DNA from: the human T2T-CHM13v2.0 reference genome, Homo sapiens
Reading direction: 5' to 3' (one strand)
NCBI RefSeq assembly: GCF_009914755.1
Contig: NC_060927.1
Length of the DNA: 64,000 bases
The position numbers and the translations under genes were made by a program. This document shows, one piece after another, positions 17,919 to 33,384 of this stretch (the first letter of the stretch is position 1; each line of letters opens with the position of its first letter). The notes beneath the pieces were generated by a model. The model was not told where the DNA came from. It made no database searches and worked only from the letters and a program-made list of their open reading frames with translations.

Positions 17919-18829
17919 CAGCGCATTTCTTGAAGAGACAGTCTGTGGTCTGTGGTTTTTCCGGAAAGCAGTTCTTTGTTGGGTGATGATCTTTCATCAT
18001 GGAGGTGATTGCCTCAGTGGTTTCACTCTCAGACCCGCAGGGAAGATGCAGTTATTTGAATGGACTCTTTGTGGCAAGAAATAGAGAACTATCTCATCTC
18101 CTAAAAAAACATGTTTCCGGATGAAGAATTCTTTATTTCTTAATAAGTGGTTCTTTCAACTACCAGAGTCATCCTGTATGCCTTTCTAAAGTGATTTTTC
18201 TTTTGTCAGTTAGAATAAAGGGGACGCACAAATGTACTTTTCGTGTGAAAATGCAGACTGAGAGGTTTCAGTAGTGCACCTTCACTCTTTAAGACTCGGC
18301 TCAAATGTCCCCCTCCCTGGGTCATCTTCTGGATTCCTAGCCCACCCCACGCAGCGTTCTCCCATCTGCTTTGTGTTTTCATGGCACATGTCACCCTGTC
18401 CTCACTCATTACACTATGCTTATGCCTCCATCTCCTTCTGGAGACGGTCAGATCCACCCAAGTAGGATTGTCTTTTTATCCCTGGCACCTTACATGATGC
18501 CTGACACGTAAGTGTTTACTAAATATTATTCCGTGAATGATGGAATGAATAATAGAATATGCTAGATTCTCAGTCCTTGCTGGGCTTGTTATAGACCTCA
18601 TTATTCATTCAGAGGCCCTCTTTCCTCTCCCTCCTGTGCCCTGGTGGCCATTTCCCTTCTCACTGGGCTCTGGAACTAGTTGAAAGTTTAATGGTGCCAA
18701 GCATCTGGTCAACAGGAAGACAGCAATCAAACTGGTGAAAACAGCAGCTTGATATGGCATGCAGGGAAGAACACTGGACTGGGGGCAGGAGGCCTGGGTT
18801 CTGGTCCTAGCTCTGTTACTAATTTATTT

Positions 18830-18881
18830 ATCCATTCATTCACGCATTCAACAACATATAGCAACACTACGTTGCTGTATG

Positions 18882-18926
<45 letters not shown>

Positions 18927-20250
18927 GGGTGCGGGGCACTGTTCTGAGTCCTGCAGATATAGTGGTAAAGAAGAAAGACAATGTCTCAGCCCTTGTGGGA
19001 CTTACCTCCCAGAGGCGAGATAGACAGACAGACAGGAAAAATACCTAATTAGAGTGGGTTGAGGAGGGAGAGTACCTATTTTTCCTGTCTATCTGTGTGA
19101 CTCTCCTCTGGGAGGTTAGAAAAGAGAATAGGATGACGTGATAGGAAGTGAAGGGTGCTCACTTCGGTCTGGTGGTCAGGAAGAGTCTCTTTGAATACTG
19201 ACATTTCAGCTGAGATGTGAGTGATGAATGGGAACCAGTCATTCAAACACCAAAGGAAGAGTGTTCCAGGAAGAACTGCCAGTGCAGGGGTCCTAAGGTG
19301 GGAACAGACATTAAGTTTTTAAGAAATGGAGAGACCAGTTTGGCTGGAGCAGAGGTGAGGAGGAAGTGAGTGTGGAGAGGTAGACAGAAACCAGAATCTA
19401 TCTTGCTTTGAGGACCTTGAATTTTATTTCAAGTACAGTAGGAGTCATGGGAAGGTTTTAGGCAAGAGCATGACATGGTTATTTGGGCTTGACTATCAAG
19501 AATGGAGAATAAAATGGTTACAGATGGATCAGCTGAGGAGCCCCTGCAGTCATTTGGGAAATAGTTTGATGGTGGTTTGGGCTAGAGTGATTAGCATACA
19601 GATGGAGAGAAGTGGGCAAATTTGGAATGTGCTTTGGAGATAAAGTGGACAAGACTTGCTGATGGGCCACAGGTGGAAGATGAGGAAAGCCGGGAATTGA
19701 GACTGGCTCTTAGATGTAAAGGTTGAAAAATCAGGTGAACGCACCTGCCAGCTGCTACAGATGGGAAGCCTGGAGGGCGAGTCTGGGAGAAGAACTCAAG
19801 TTCTTTATGGATAAGCTATGTTTGAGTTGCCCCATCAGACATCTAAGTGAAAATGTTAAGAAAGCAATTAGATATTCAAGTGAAGTTTGGGGGAAAATCA
19901 GGGCTGGAGATAGAGATTGGGAAGTCATCAGAACATACATGGTCTTCAAAGCCATGAGACTGGATGGGAACACTAAGGGAGGACATTTAGAAATGGAAAA
20001 AAAGGATGCCCAGGACAGATCCCTGGTACCCTCTAACCTTCAGAGACTGAGCAGAGAAGAAGGAGCCAAGAAAAGAGGCAGAGGGAGCAGGGAGGGCAGA
20101 AGTCCAGTTGGAGTGGGTTGAGGAGGGAAAGAGGAGGCAGCAATGCTCTTTACCTGTGAAGGAAAGTAGAGAAATAGTAGTTGAACAGAGACCTGCAGGT
20201 TAAGGGAGATGCTTAGAGCATGCACAGAGGGACGATCTAGTAGAGGAAAA
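18830..20250. mobile_element. L2 fragments with an embedded (CA)n at 18885-18923
   Basis: 'cattcattcacgcattcaacaac' L2 tail and purine-rich L2-like body. Confidence 0.65.
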
Positions 20251-20563
20251 ATCTGCAGGAGAGAGGGGAGGGATCCAGAGTGCAGGTGGAGGTGCTGGCT
20301 TTGGAGAGAAAGGAAGGTTCTGTGTCTGTAGAAACAAGAGGAAGGCAGAGAGTAAACACCCAGATGAAGGAGCCGTGTAGATCAGGAAGAAGCTGAGACA
20401 GGATTTTCTCTTTGTGTGACTGTGGTCAAGTCATGTACTTTGCTGAGATGTGTGGGAGAAATAGGTCTGCTCTGATGATGGTGGAGGGTCTTTTCTGAAC
20501 ACATCCACTTGGCTAACAACACCTGCCTTAGCACCTGCTTTATTTGTAAGGGACACAGTGTGG

Positions 20564-21600
20564 TATCGGGGGAACCTGCCCCTAATATTTCAATGCAGGT
20601 TCTTTCTATTTTCCATAAGTGTCAGCCAGCTGAGAAATAAAGAGAAAGAGTACAAAGAGAGGAATTTTACAGCTGGGCTGCTGGGGGTGACATCACATAT
20701 CAGTAGGAACGTGATGCCCACCCGAGCCTCAAACCAGCAAGTTTTTTATTAAGGGTTTCAAAAGGGGAGGGGATGTAAAGCAGGGAGTAGGTACAAAGAT
20801 CACATGCTTCAAAAGGCAAAAAGCAGAACTACTAATAAGGGTCTAACAAAGATCACATGCCTCTGAGGGAACAGGACAAAGGGCAAAAGCAGAACCACTG
20901 ATAAGGGCCTATTTTCAGCAGTGCACGTATTGTCTTGATAAACATCTTAAACAACAGAAAACAGGGTTTGAGAGCAGAGAACTGGTCTGACCACAAATTT
21001 ACCAAGGCAGAGCTTTTCCCCACCCTAATAAGCCTGAGGGTACTGCAGGAGACCAGGGCATATCTCAGTCCTTATCTCAACCGCATAAGACAGACATTCC
21101 CATAGCGGCTGTTTATAGATCTCCCCCCAGGAATGCATTCCTTTCCCAGGGTATTAATATTAATATTCCTTGCTAGGAAAAGAATTCAGCGATATCTTTC
21201 TTACTTGCACGTCCATTTATAGGCTCTCTGCAAGACGAAAAATGTGGCTCTTTTTGCCCAACCCCGCAGGCAGTCAGACCTTATGGTTGTCTTCCCTTGT
21301 TCCCTAAAAATCACTGTTATTCTGTTCTTTTTCAAGGTGCACTGATTTCATATTTTTCAAACACACATGTTTTACAATCAATTTGTACAGTTAACACAAT
21401 TATCACAGTGGTCCTGAGGTGACGTATATCCTCAGCTTATGAAGATAACAGGATTAAGAGATTAAAGTAAAGACAGGCATAAGAAATTAGAAAAGTATTA
21501 TTTGGGAACTGATAAATGTCCATGAAATCTTCACAATTTATGTTCCTCTGCTGCAACTCCAGCTGGTCCCTCCATTCAGGGTCCCTGACTTCCCACAACA
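20564..21600 (-). mobile_element. Solo MER11 LTR (HERV-K HML-8 group)
   Basis: Minus strand starts TGTTGTGGGAAGTCAGGGACCC and ends CCCCCGATA; 6-bp TSD GTGTGG at 20558-20563 and 21601-21606. Confidence 0.88.
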
Positions 21601-21707
21601 GTGTGGAAGGTGCAACCCAGAGCTTATTAGAATAATGACTCCTAACCACAGAATGCAGAATGCAACACATCAGGTCCTGTGTAGGTGCTTTCTGTACCTT
21701 AGCTCTA

Positions 21708-22145
<438 letters not shown>

Positions 22146-24409
22146 TCATGCTTTTATCCATTACATTCTCTTACCCCAGCAGGGAGAGAAAGGAGTGAAA
22201 GGGCTCAGCTGGGAGATGGGCCAGGGGTTAATGCTCTCAGGTTAAATACCTGCCAGTCTTCCCAGCAGAACAAGGGGGCACCAACTGCTCACTAATTCCT
22301 AAAAAGAGTTGAGGGCCGAGACGTCGGTAGCAGGCTCAGAGGCCAGTGTTCCAGACTCCCTGACCCTGACCTCCTGAAAGCAGAGGAATTGACCCATCTA
22401 CTCAGTCCACAATCCAACAGTGCTGCCCACCACGTTTAGGAGTTGGGCGTCTCAACCAGTCACCAGTGCCCTGGCCAAATCCTCCACCAATTTACTGTGA
22501 CCCTAAGCTTTTCCAGATGTTTACCGAGAAATAATATTTGCCTGGTGTTGCAATCCTGGATAAAGCAAGGTCAGTTCTTATGAATACTCTGAGGGCCAGC
22601 AGGGTTTCCTCCACACCTTCCCACATGGATGAAATTCAGTTTTCAAAGCAGAGGCAGCAAGATTTCTGTTTTGTTTTTCTTAGTTTCCTGAAATATTAAA
22701 TTAGTAAAAAACACAAAAGCACAGGTGCAGGAATAAGGAGATGGGGTTCCTGTCCAAGGCCTCTCACTTCTTCGCTGAGTGACCTTGGAGAGTTTCCTAA
22801 GTTTTCAGCAAGAGGTTTGGCTGTCAGGTGTTGATCATCTGAAATCCATGGATGTCCATAGGAAGTTGGGTAGAATTGTTTTTCAAGATAATTGAATTCC
22901 TTTGTGATCTCATGTCTTTTATTTTATGTATTTATGGATATTTTTTTGCCAAGCTGTCAAAGGGGCACACGGCACAGAAAGGGTTGAAATGCTGCCAGAA
23001 GATCTGTGGGGTCCCAGCTTGACTCAACATTCTGTCATTTCCATTAGTGTCCCTTCTGGGATTGGGATTCTCTTAACCAAGTCCATCTGGGTGTGGAGGA
23101 ATTAAGGGAAGTTTCTCAATGCTGGGTCAGAGGGGTCAATAAACAAGAGGCAATGGAACCATCGCAAGTGGGCTGGGGCCCAGGCCCCTGGAGGGAGACA
23201 CCCAGGCTCTTGGGCCTCACATGCTGTCATCATTTGGGTAGCAGGGCTGTCACATCCATACACTCATAAGTGGAGTTGGGGACCACTCCTGAGAGGCAGG
23301 AGCAGGCTGCAGCCTGAGATGTCTTGGAAGCCATGTGCTGCCTCGAGAGAGAAAGGAGAAGGAGGGAGGGAGAGGATGGGAGCAGGAGAGGAACTGTGAC
23401 CTGGACCATCCTCCTGTCTCTCACGTCATTTCCACTCCTACAACACGGTTTCTGATCAAAAAGTGTGACGTTAGGATAAGTTCTGGTTCAGAGAGGTATC
23501 ACTGAGTGATCAGCCAGTATCAGATGTGGACACTCATTGTGCTAGGCAGTTTATGTGTGTTTCTCTCTTGTACCAGTAGAAACCATGTAAGGTACGTATG
23601 ATGATAGCCATCTTCTGGGGGAGATAACAGGCTCACAGAGGTCAACGAGCTTGCTCCACATGGCATAGTGAGTGGCCTAACCAAGATTCACACCTGGATC
23701 TGTCTGGCTCCAAAAGATGTGTTTCTTGGTTTGTTAGACACTGACAAAGCTCTTCTGCATGCACTGTCTGTGAATGGGAGCTACTGGCCAGCCTCTCAGC
23801 CCAGTGTCAGCAATCCCTCTCCCTCTTGGACTGAGCCATGTCCAAATGTGAAGAACAGGATTTCTATGTCTTCACTGAAGTCTGTAAGAAAATGACCATG
23901 TTTTATGTATGTATGTCTGTATGTATTCACGATCTACTTTGTCAAAAGTGGTATTGTACTGTGTCTAGAGTTTGTGTGTGGCCTGGAAGGCTTCTTTTAA
24001 GTTTTCTGGAATTAGTATTTACCAGTGGCTCCTCATCAGGGCTATGTAAAGAGTATTACCAGGTTTGAGAATCACAGCGCCCTCCATTAAGAATGGCAAG
24101 GGTTTTTCACGGGCTACATCTCTTAGAGGGGCAAGTGGGTGGGTACAAGGAAGAGGAGGTGACTAAGAACCACAGATTTCACTGCTTTCCAGATTTGGAG
24201 GGGGGCTAAGAAATACAGTGGACCCACTACGTATTCTAGAATAGAGCAGTGCACCCCTGGATCCCATAGACCTTGTCTAGGGACTGAGAGCCCATTTCCA
24301 GAATTATTGGTTGAGTGAGATATTAATAGTAATCTTTGTGCTTTTCTTTTCCACACTTGTGTTAGTGACCCCTCCTCAGACCAGTGGTCCTTTACTCTGG
24401 CTACAAATA

Positions 24410-24765
24410 CTTAACATTAAATGATAAACTTAGGCACATGAACATTTTAAAGAGTTTACTTGAGCAGACAGTGATTCATGAATCGAACAATAACACAACA
24501 AGTGGTTCAGGGCTCCAGCAAAGGGGTGCAAGGGAAAATCTTTTATAAGGTGCTCATGGAAGCAAGACAAAGAAAATATTTGATTGGTTAATGTGCAAAG
24601 TCCCTCGTTAGAGGTTAGTTTGTGGTTCCTAATTGGTTAATCTTAAATTTTGTTTTCCTAGGTTAAAACCATTCCTTCTGAGTTGGGTTTCAGTTGGTTA
24701 CATAGGAACTCAAGGCCCTGGAGCCATCTCAGCCTAGTGGCCTCTCAATTAATTCTCTTAACAGT
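24410..24765. mobile_element. Probable old ERV1-class LTR fragment (family not assigned)
   Basis: 'aagagtttacttgagc...gtgattcatgaatc...tttgattggtta...ttaaca' resembles MER4-group LTRs. Confidence 0.4.
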
Positions 24766-24776
24766 ACTGATTCTAG

Positions 24777-25570
<794 letters not shown>

Positions 25571-27600
25571 TCATTTACTACTCCTTACAGCAACCCTGGG
25601 AAGAGGGTCGCCCTCTATTATGCCCATCTCTAATTCACTTCCTTCAGTACCCACATACTGTGAGTTTCCACATCCTGTCCATTCAGACTCCAATATTTCT
25701 ACTCTGTCCCCTCTCTCCTGCCTCAGTGGCAATGCATGAGCTCAGGCTACCATCTAATTTGACATGAGGAGGTATGAGATCCACTAAGCTCACCACACAT
25801 GTCACAGCCTTCAAGGGAGCCGCATTAGGACCTGGGTTTGGATTGAAGGGAATTTCTCTGTCGAGCCATAATTTTGAGACTGACTGAGATTCTCTGGATA
25901 CTTCTTTCTGTGTCTCCCAACCCCAGGCCTAAATCTTTGACATGTTCTCAGAAAGTAATGTTTTATTAGTTTAACATTTACTGAGTACTTCCTGAGGACC
26001 AGGCATTTTTCTAGATACCCAGAAGATGTGGGGTACAAAATAATACCTTGTCCTTGTGGAGTTTGCTATTCTAGCTCCTTTTCCCTCTGAATAGTTGCTC
26101 CAGTCTCCTGCCTGTAGCCTCAGTAATGATCCCTCTTTCTCCGGGAGCAGGGGATTGCCAAGTAGTCTTTATACCAGAAGCTGGACATGGTCATTAACTA
26201 GACAAACTCCCCAAGAGTCAGGAATTCTGCATCCTGTCCTGACAGGGCCTGGGCAACTCTGTTCTGCCTATCCAGGGGCAGTAAGTGGTCTCTTATGTAC
26301 CCCCCTCCTTTGGCCACCTCCACTCAAGAGAAGGGCAAGGTTAGGGACTCTTGGCGTCTTAGGTGCCCAGCTCAGCCATGCAGCATAGCACCCTGGGTAC
26401 CTTGAGACCACAGAGGGACCCTGGTCTCCAGGACAAAAAGCCTATGGACTTAAGGTAGGACAGGGATCTTTCTGTTTTTGGTGTCATGAGAACTCAAGTA
26501 GACGTGACTTAGATTCATTTTGCCTTTAATGATCAAATGTCTGCTTCCCTGGTACATTCTGTTTCTTTGAACTGGGCTGCTTTGATATAGTTAGAAATAA
26601 CAAAAATTTAGGAAATCAAACAAACTCAACTTTTAAAAGCAAAATATGTGACAGAAAGATTTGGCTCAGTGAATGTGCTTCAAATAGGAAAAGTTCGATC
26701 ATAAATAGAAGGCTTACGATTTTAAGGGCCAAGAGGCTCATCTGAAGAATGGCTCCTGGGCCTTTCACAGCCCTAAGGAGTGAACACACACTTTGACATT
26801 TTTCTCCGTAATTTGGTCTGAGATGGTCATGTTGTCATAAATTCCAGGCTGAGAATTTCACTTTCTTGAAAGTTACCCTAACTCACTCAGAAGGACCCAG
26901 CTGATGAGTGGCCTGAAGATTTAGGTATCAACATAACCCACTCCCCAACACCCCCCCAGGCCTGTGTCTTCATTCTCCTATCCAAGGATCAGGGCTGTGG
27001 AAGTCCCCAGAGGCAGGTGCCTCCATGTGAGCGGAAGTGACTAGGTTTCCCAGAACCCTCTGCTGTAGGAGGGCTGTTTGGGAAGATGTCCATGGACTGC
27101 TTAGGGAATTATTACAAGTTCTGTTGCAGGGATGCGCTTGGGTGGGCTGGCTTCAGCTGAGGCTCTGAGGGACTTGGTTTGAAAAGGAGGAGAAGGAAAA
27201 GTAAAAAATAAACAAACCCAACCAAAAATTAAAAAAAAAAAACCACCCAAACAACGGTACAAAGGAAGCACTGTCCCTGTGAGCAGATGCAGATGGAGTG
27301 GTAGGGTCAGCCCAGCCCAGGTCACTGTCCCAGGCCCCCCAAAGCATTTGTGATGGGCTGGGAGGAAACACATCTCTGGTCCAGGGACAGCGTGGGACTA
27401 GGAAGAGGCCCAGGGGATAAATGACCACATTAGGACATCCTGCAGAACAGAGAGAGGGCCACAGGCTTTAGATTTGGAAATCGGAGGAGCAGAGGGTGCT
27501 TTCCACTTCTACTAATGGAACCCTGCCATGTAGACTGGCAAGTAGACTAATTCACGTGGCATAGTGAACATTCCAGCTGAAATTATATAGCTCAACTTCT

Positions 27601-27905
<305 letters not shown>

Positions 27906-29521
27906 TCAACTTCTAACTATATCAACCAACTGGACAACTGCCAAATCTCCGGGTCTCACTGGGATCCATGGACACAGCTGTAGGTTTCACTGTCAGGAGG
28001 CTGCCTGAGATCTGTGTCTACTTCTAACATATATGATCTCACTTGCACGTAGAGAGTTGGATAGACTACACGCTCTTTAAGGCCCTTTATGTTTCTAAGC
28101 ATCTGTGATTTAATACAGATCCAGAGCTAAACACTATTAGGGACAAACCATGCTGTGAATGTCACTGGGTGGACAGCAGGGGAAGGAAGAACTCACAGAC
28201 TAAACTCACCCTCTATGTTGCAAGACCCTACCCAGATCCTCTGAGACTCTTGGGAATGAGGCAGTTTGCAGGCTTCTCTTGACAATGTTATAACCAACTA
28301 AGATAGATCCTATTTTGTCTTATTTCACTTTTGGTATCTTGATAGGTCATTATTATCCACACCAAGAGACTGAATCTGTGAGAATCTCATAACAGTTCAG
28401 TTAAGGAATCCTCTTCAAGTCAGGGCTTATGGAAAGAGCACAGGTCTGTGAGCCAAGACATGAGGGTTCTAGGCCCAGCTTAAGTCATCAACTTGCCTCT
28501 GGCCTTGGCAATGCATCCCCTTTGCCAGGATCCAAGCTTTATCTCTTTCTCGCTACTTTCACATCCTGTAACTGTATTGCAGTACCAAGAACAGGAAAAG
28601 ACAGGTCCCTAGCAAGGTCGAAGAAGAGATGGAGTCAGCATGGAAAGTTAGGGGAGGGTCATATTAGCCTGGGAACAATTCAAACCCTTGGACCCCTAAT
28701 AACTCTGCTTGAATCTTTAAATGTTTGATGTCCACTGGCTGCTTTCCATCTTCCAAACCATCAGCTCTCACCAGGGCCTGAGGGCCTCCTGGAAGCACCA
28801 AGACTCACTGGGTCCCCATTTCTTTTCCGCATATGCACTCACCATTGGGAAGCAGAGCCAGAGAGACAGAGCATGGCATGAGGAAGGAGGCCACGTGCAG
28901 AGTGCAGTTGGGGAAGATGCTTCTATTTTGAAACTGCTGCAGGCCCCCAGCCTCAGTACCAGGGGAAGACCACACTCCTGGGTAAATAGCATCTGCTATT
29001 TTCCTTAGATGAAACTGCTTATCTGAAACAGGAAATGCAAAACACAGATTCTATTTTTCTGCACTATGTGTCTCTGATGGGAATAATAATAGTTGTGCAA
29101 CCTAGAGTGTGATTATTAAACCTATCTTACGGTCACAAAGGAGCTGTAAGGAAGCCAAGAGGCACAGACCCCCGAGGGAGGATTTGGAGGTTTTACAAAT
29201 TCCAAACGATTTTGCAGAGGAACTGGAGTAACCTACCACAGAGCAGAAGAGACGGACTCAAACTCCAAGTGCATCTGGTCTTCGTGGAGTTTGTCTTGAA
29301 ACCAGAAGAATTTCCTCCGTGTGTTGTTCTCAGTCTTATCCACACAAGATTGTTCAACACTCAATCTAGAGGACATTTGTTGGATATAAATGTCTGTCTC
29401 CCTATAGCACAAAATAACTAGGACATTATTCCATGGAACATTCCATGCGTCCATAGAATAGTTTATTCCATGATCCAAATGGTCTGATTGATTCTTCCAC
29501 CAAATTCCATAACTAATTACT

Positions 29522-29524
<3 letters not shown>

Positions 29525-29579
<55 letters not shown>
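29525..29579. repeat. (TG)n microsatellite, about 27 uninterrupted units
   Basis: Read directly from the sequence. Confidence 0.95.
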
Positions 29580-29582
<3 letters not shown>

Positions 29583-30155
29583 GGGGTGTGGTACTGATTA
29601 GCCAAGAGCTGAAGCCCTTGAGCTCCGGGAGAAAAGCACCCTTTTCTGAAAGCTTCTCATGGTGGGATCAGAGCCAGCCTTAGGATTTTAGCGACAGGTC
29701 TGAGACCAATATCAAGAGGGAAGAAAGAAGGGTCTGGATGATTTTGAAGCTATTTTTGTGGGAAAACGAGATGACTCTCTCATGCAGTACCAACCAGACC
29801 TGGAACTCAGGCACACACACACAGTGCTCCTATTATTCTTCCCTCAGAAGGAGGCTGGTCCTCTCTCCTCCACATGCTTCTAGTGCAGTGAGGGTCCATT
29901 CCTGACTCTCCCTCTGTCTCCACCCCTCACACCTCTCTCTGACACGGCCCTTGAGGCTCATTTCACCCATTTTTGCCTGGGTGAAAATAATGGAGGAGGG
30001 CAGTGATCCTGCCCCACACCTGACCCCCACCCATCAGCCCTTGCAGGGCTGAACAAGCTGAACTTGGGGATGAGATAAGAAAGAGTCCTGAGAAAAGAGG
30101 AGAAGCAGAGGAAGACCAGAGTTATAACTTGGGGACAAAAGTGACCTTGCCTCTT

Positions 30156-31628
30156 TTTTTTTTTTTTAATTTTGTATTTTTATTTTATTTTATTTTATTT
30201 TTTTGCAAATAGTGGGATCATAATCTTTTTTGTTTGTTTGTTTGTTTGTTTTTTATTGATCATTCTTGGGTGTTTCTCGCAGAGGGGGATTTGGCAGGGT
30301 CATAGGACAATAATGGAGGGAAGGTCAGCAGATAAACAAGTGAACAAAGGTCTCTGGTTTTCCTAGACAGAGGACCCTGCGGCCTTCCGCAGTGTTTGTG
30401 TCCCTGGGTACTTGAGATTAGGGAGTGGTGATGACTCTTAACGAGCATGCTGCCTTCAAGCATCTGTTTAACAAAGCACATCTTGCACCGACCTTAATCC
30501 ATTTAACCCTGAGTGGACACAGCACATGTTTCAGAGAGCATGGGGTTGGGGGTAAGGTCATAGATCAACAGCATCCCAAGGCAGAAGAATCTTTCTTAGT
30601 ACAGAACAAAATGGAGTCTCCTATGTCTACCTCTTTCTACACAGACACAGCAACAGTCTGATTTCTCTATCTTTTCACCACATTTCCCCCTTTTCTATTC
30701 CACAAAACCGCCATCATCATCATGGCCTGTTCTCAGTGAGCTGTTAGGTACACCTCCCAGACGGGGTGGCGGCCTGGCAGAGGGGCTCCTCACTTCCCAG
30801 ACAGGGCAGCCGGGCGGAGGCGCCCCCCACCTCCCTCCCGGACGGGGCGGCTGCCGGGCGGAGACGCTCCTCACTTCCCAGACCGGGCGGCTGCCGGGCG
30901 GAGGGGCTCCTCACTTCTTAGACGGGGCGGCTGGGCAGAGACGCTCCTCACCTCCCAGATGGGGTCGTGGCCGGGCAGAGGCGCTCCTCACATCCCAGAT
31001 GGGGTGGCGGGGCAGAGGCGCTCCCCACATCTCAGACGATGGGCGGCCGGGCAGAGACGCTCCTCACTTCCCAGACTGGGCGGCGGGGCAGAGGGGCTCC
31101 TCACATCCCAGACAATGGGCATCCAGGCAGAGACGCTCCTCACTTCCCAGACGGGCTGGCGGCCGGGCAGAGGCTGCAGTCTCGGCACTTTAGGAGGCCA
31201 AGGCAGGCGGCTGGGAGGTGGAGGTTGTAGCGAGCCGAGATCACGCCACTGCACTTCAGCCTGGGCAACATTGAGCACTGACTGAGCGAGACTCCGTCTG
31301 CAATCCTGGCACCTCGGGAGGCCGAGGCTGGCAGATCACTCGTGGTTAGGAGCTGGAGTCCAGCCCGGCTAACACAGCGAAACCCCGTCTCCACCAAAAA
31401 AATACGAAAACCACTCAGGCGTGGCGGCGCGCGCCTGCAATCGCAGTCACTCGGCAGGCTGAGGCAGGAGAATCAGGCAGGGAGGTTGCAGTGAGCCGAG
31501 ATGGCAGCAGTACAGTCCAGCTTCGGCTTGGCATTAGAGGGAGACCGTGGAAAGAGAGGGAGAGGGAGAGGGAGAGGGAGAGGGAGACCTTGGGGAGAGG
31601 GAGAGGAAGAGGGAGAGGGAGAGGGAGC
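30156..31628 (-). mobile_element. Full-length SVA retrotransposon
   Basis: (CCCTCT)n at about 31550-31627, Alu-like region about 31160-31545, GC-rich VNTR about 30750-31160, SINE-R about 30258-30750, poly-A; TSD GACCTTGCCTCTT at 30143-30155 and 31629-31641. Confidence 0.95.
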
Positions 31629-32038
31629 GACCTTGCCTCTTGTTGATTCCACATTCCCTTCCTTTGGGAAGATTTTCATTCTCTATTTTATAGTAATCTG
31701 CCCAGTCCATATGGTTGGATGAGACTGGCTGGCTTTATCCTCTACCACCACTGCAGGGGGCAGGTGCATGACCCAGCCTGGACCCTTAGAGCAATCCCTC
31801 AGGCAGGACCCTGCATCCAGAGTGGTCAATCTTCCCTCAGATGTTTGCTGAATCTTTCAGGGAATACTCTCTTTTTCTTCCTTCAGTCACTAGCATGAAG
31901 GACCTTGTCCACCCAGAACTTCCAGGGACCACATTTCAGGTAAGAGCCTTTTTGAGAATAAAGCAAAACAGAGGAACCATGGATCTATCACGGAACCCTT
32001 GGATCCATCTGTCCCTCAGGCAGAACCACCAGTTACTA

Positions 32039-32763
<725 letters not shown>

Positions 32764-33384
32764 TGTTACTGGAAAGGGGTCCCGATCCAGACCCCAAGAA
32801 AGGGCTCTTGGATCTCATGCAAGAAAGAATTCAAGGTGAATCCATAGAGTAAAGTAAAAGCAACCTTACTAAGAAAGTAAAGGCATAAAGAATGGCTATC
32901 CCATAGACAGAGTGGCCCCAAGGCCTGCTGGTTGGCTATTTTTATGATTATTTCTTGATTATATGCTAAACAAGGGGTGGATTATTCACGAGTTTTCTGG
33001 GAAAGGGGTGGGCAATTCCCAGAACTGAGGGTTTCTCTCCTTTTTAGACCATATAGGGTAACTTCCTGACATTGCCATGGCATTTGTAAACTGTCATGGT
33101 GCCTGTGGGAGTGTCTTTTAGCATGCTAATGCATTGTAATTAGCATACAATGAGCAGTGAGGATGACCAGAGGTCATATTTGTAGCCATCTTGGTTTTGT
33201 CGGCTTCTTTACCACAATCTGTTTTATCAGCAAGGTCTTTGTGACCTGTATCTGTGCTGACCTCCTATCTCATGATGTGACTTAGAATGCTTAACCTCCT
33301 GGGAATGCAGCCCAGTAGGTCTCAGCCTTGTTTTACTCAGCGCTTATTCTAGATGGAGTCGCTCTGGTTTAAACACCTCTGATA
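32764..33384 (-). mobile_element. Solo MER41 LTR (MER41B-like)
   Basis: Minus strand starts TATCAGAGGTGTTTAAACCAGAGCGACTCCATCT and ends CCCCTTTCCAGTAACA; 4-bp TSD CAAG; two TTCNNNGAA motifs. Confidence 0.85.

Noticed and set aside
30959-31722. Overlapping ORFs in the SVA
   Set aside because: SVA is non-coding; the ORFs reflect GC-rich VNTR and hexamer repeats.
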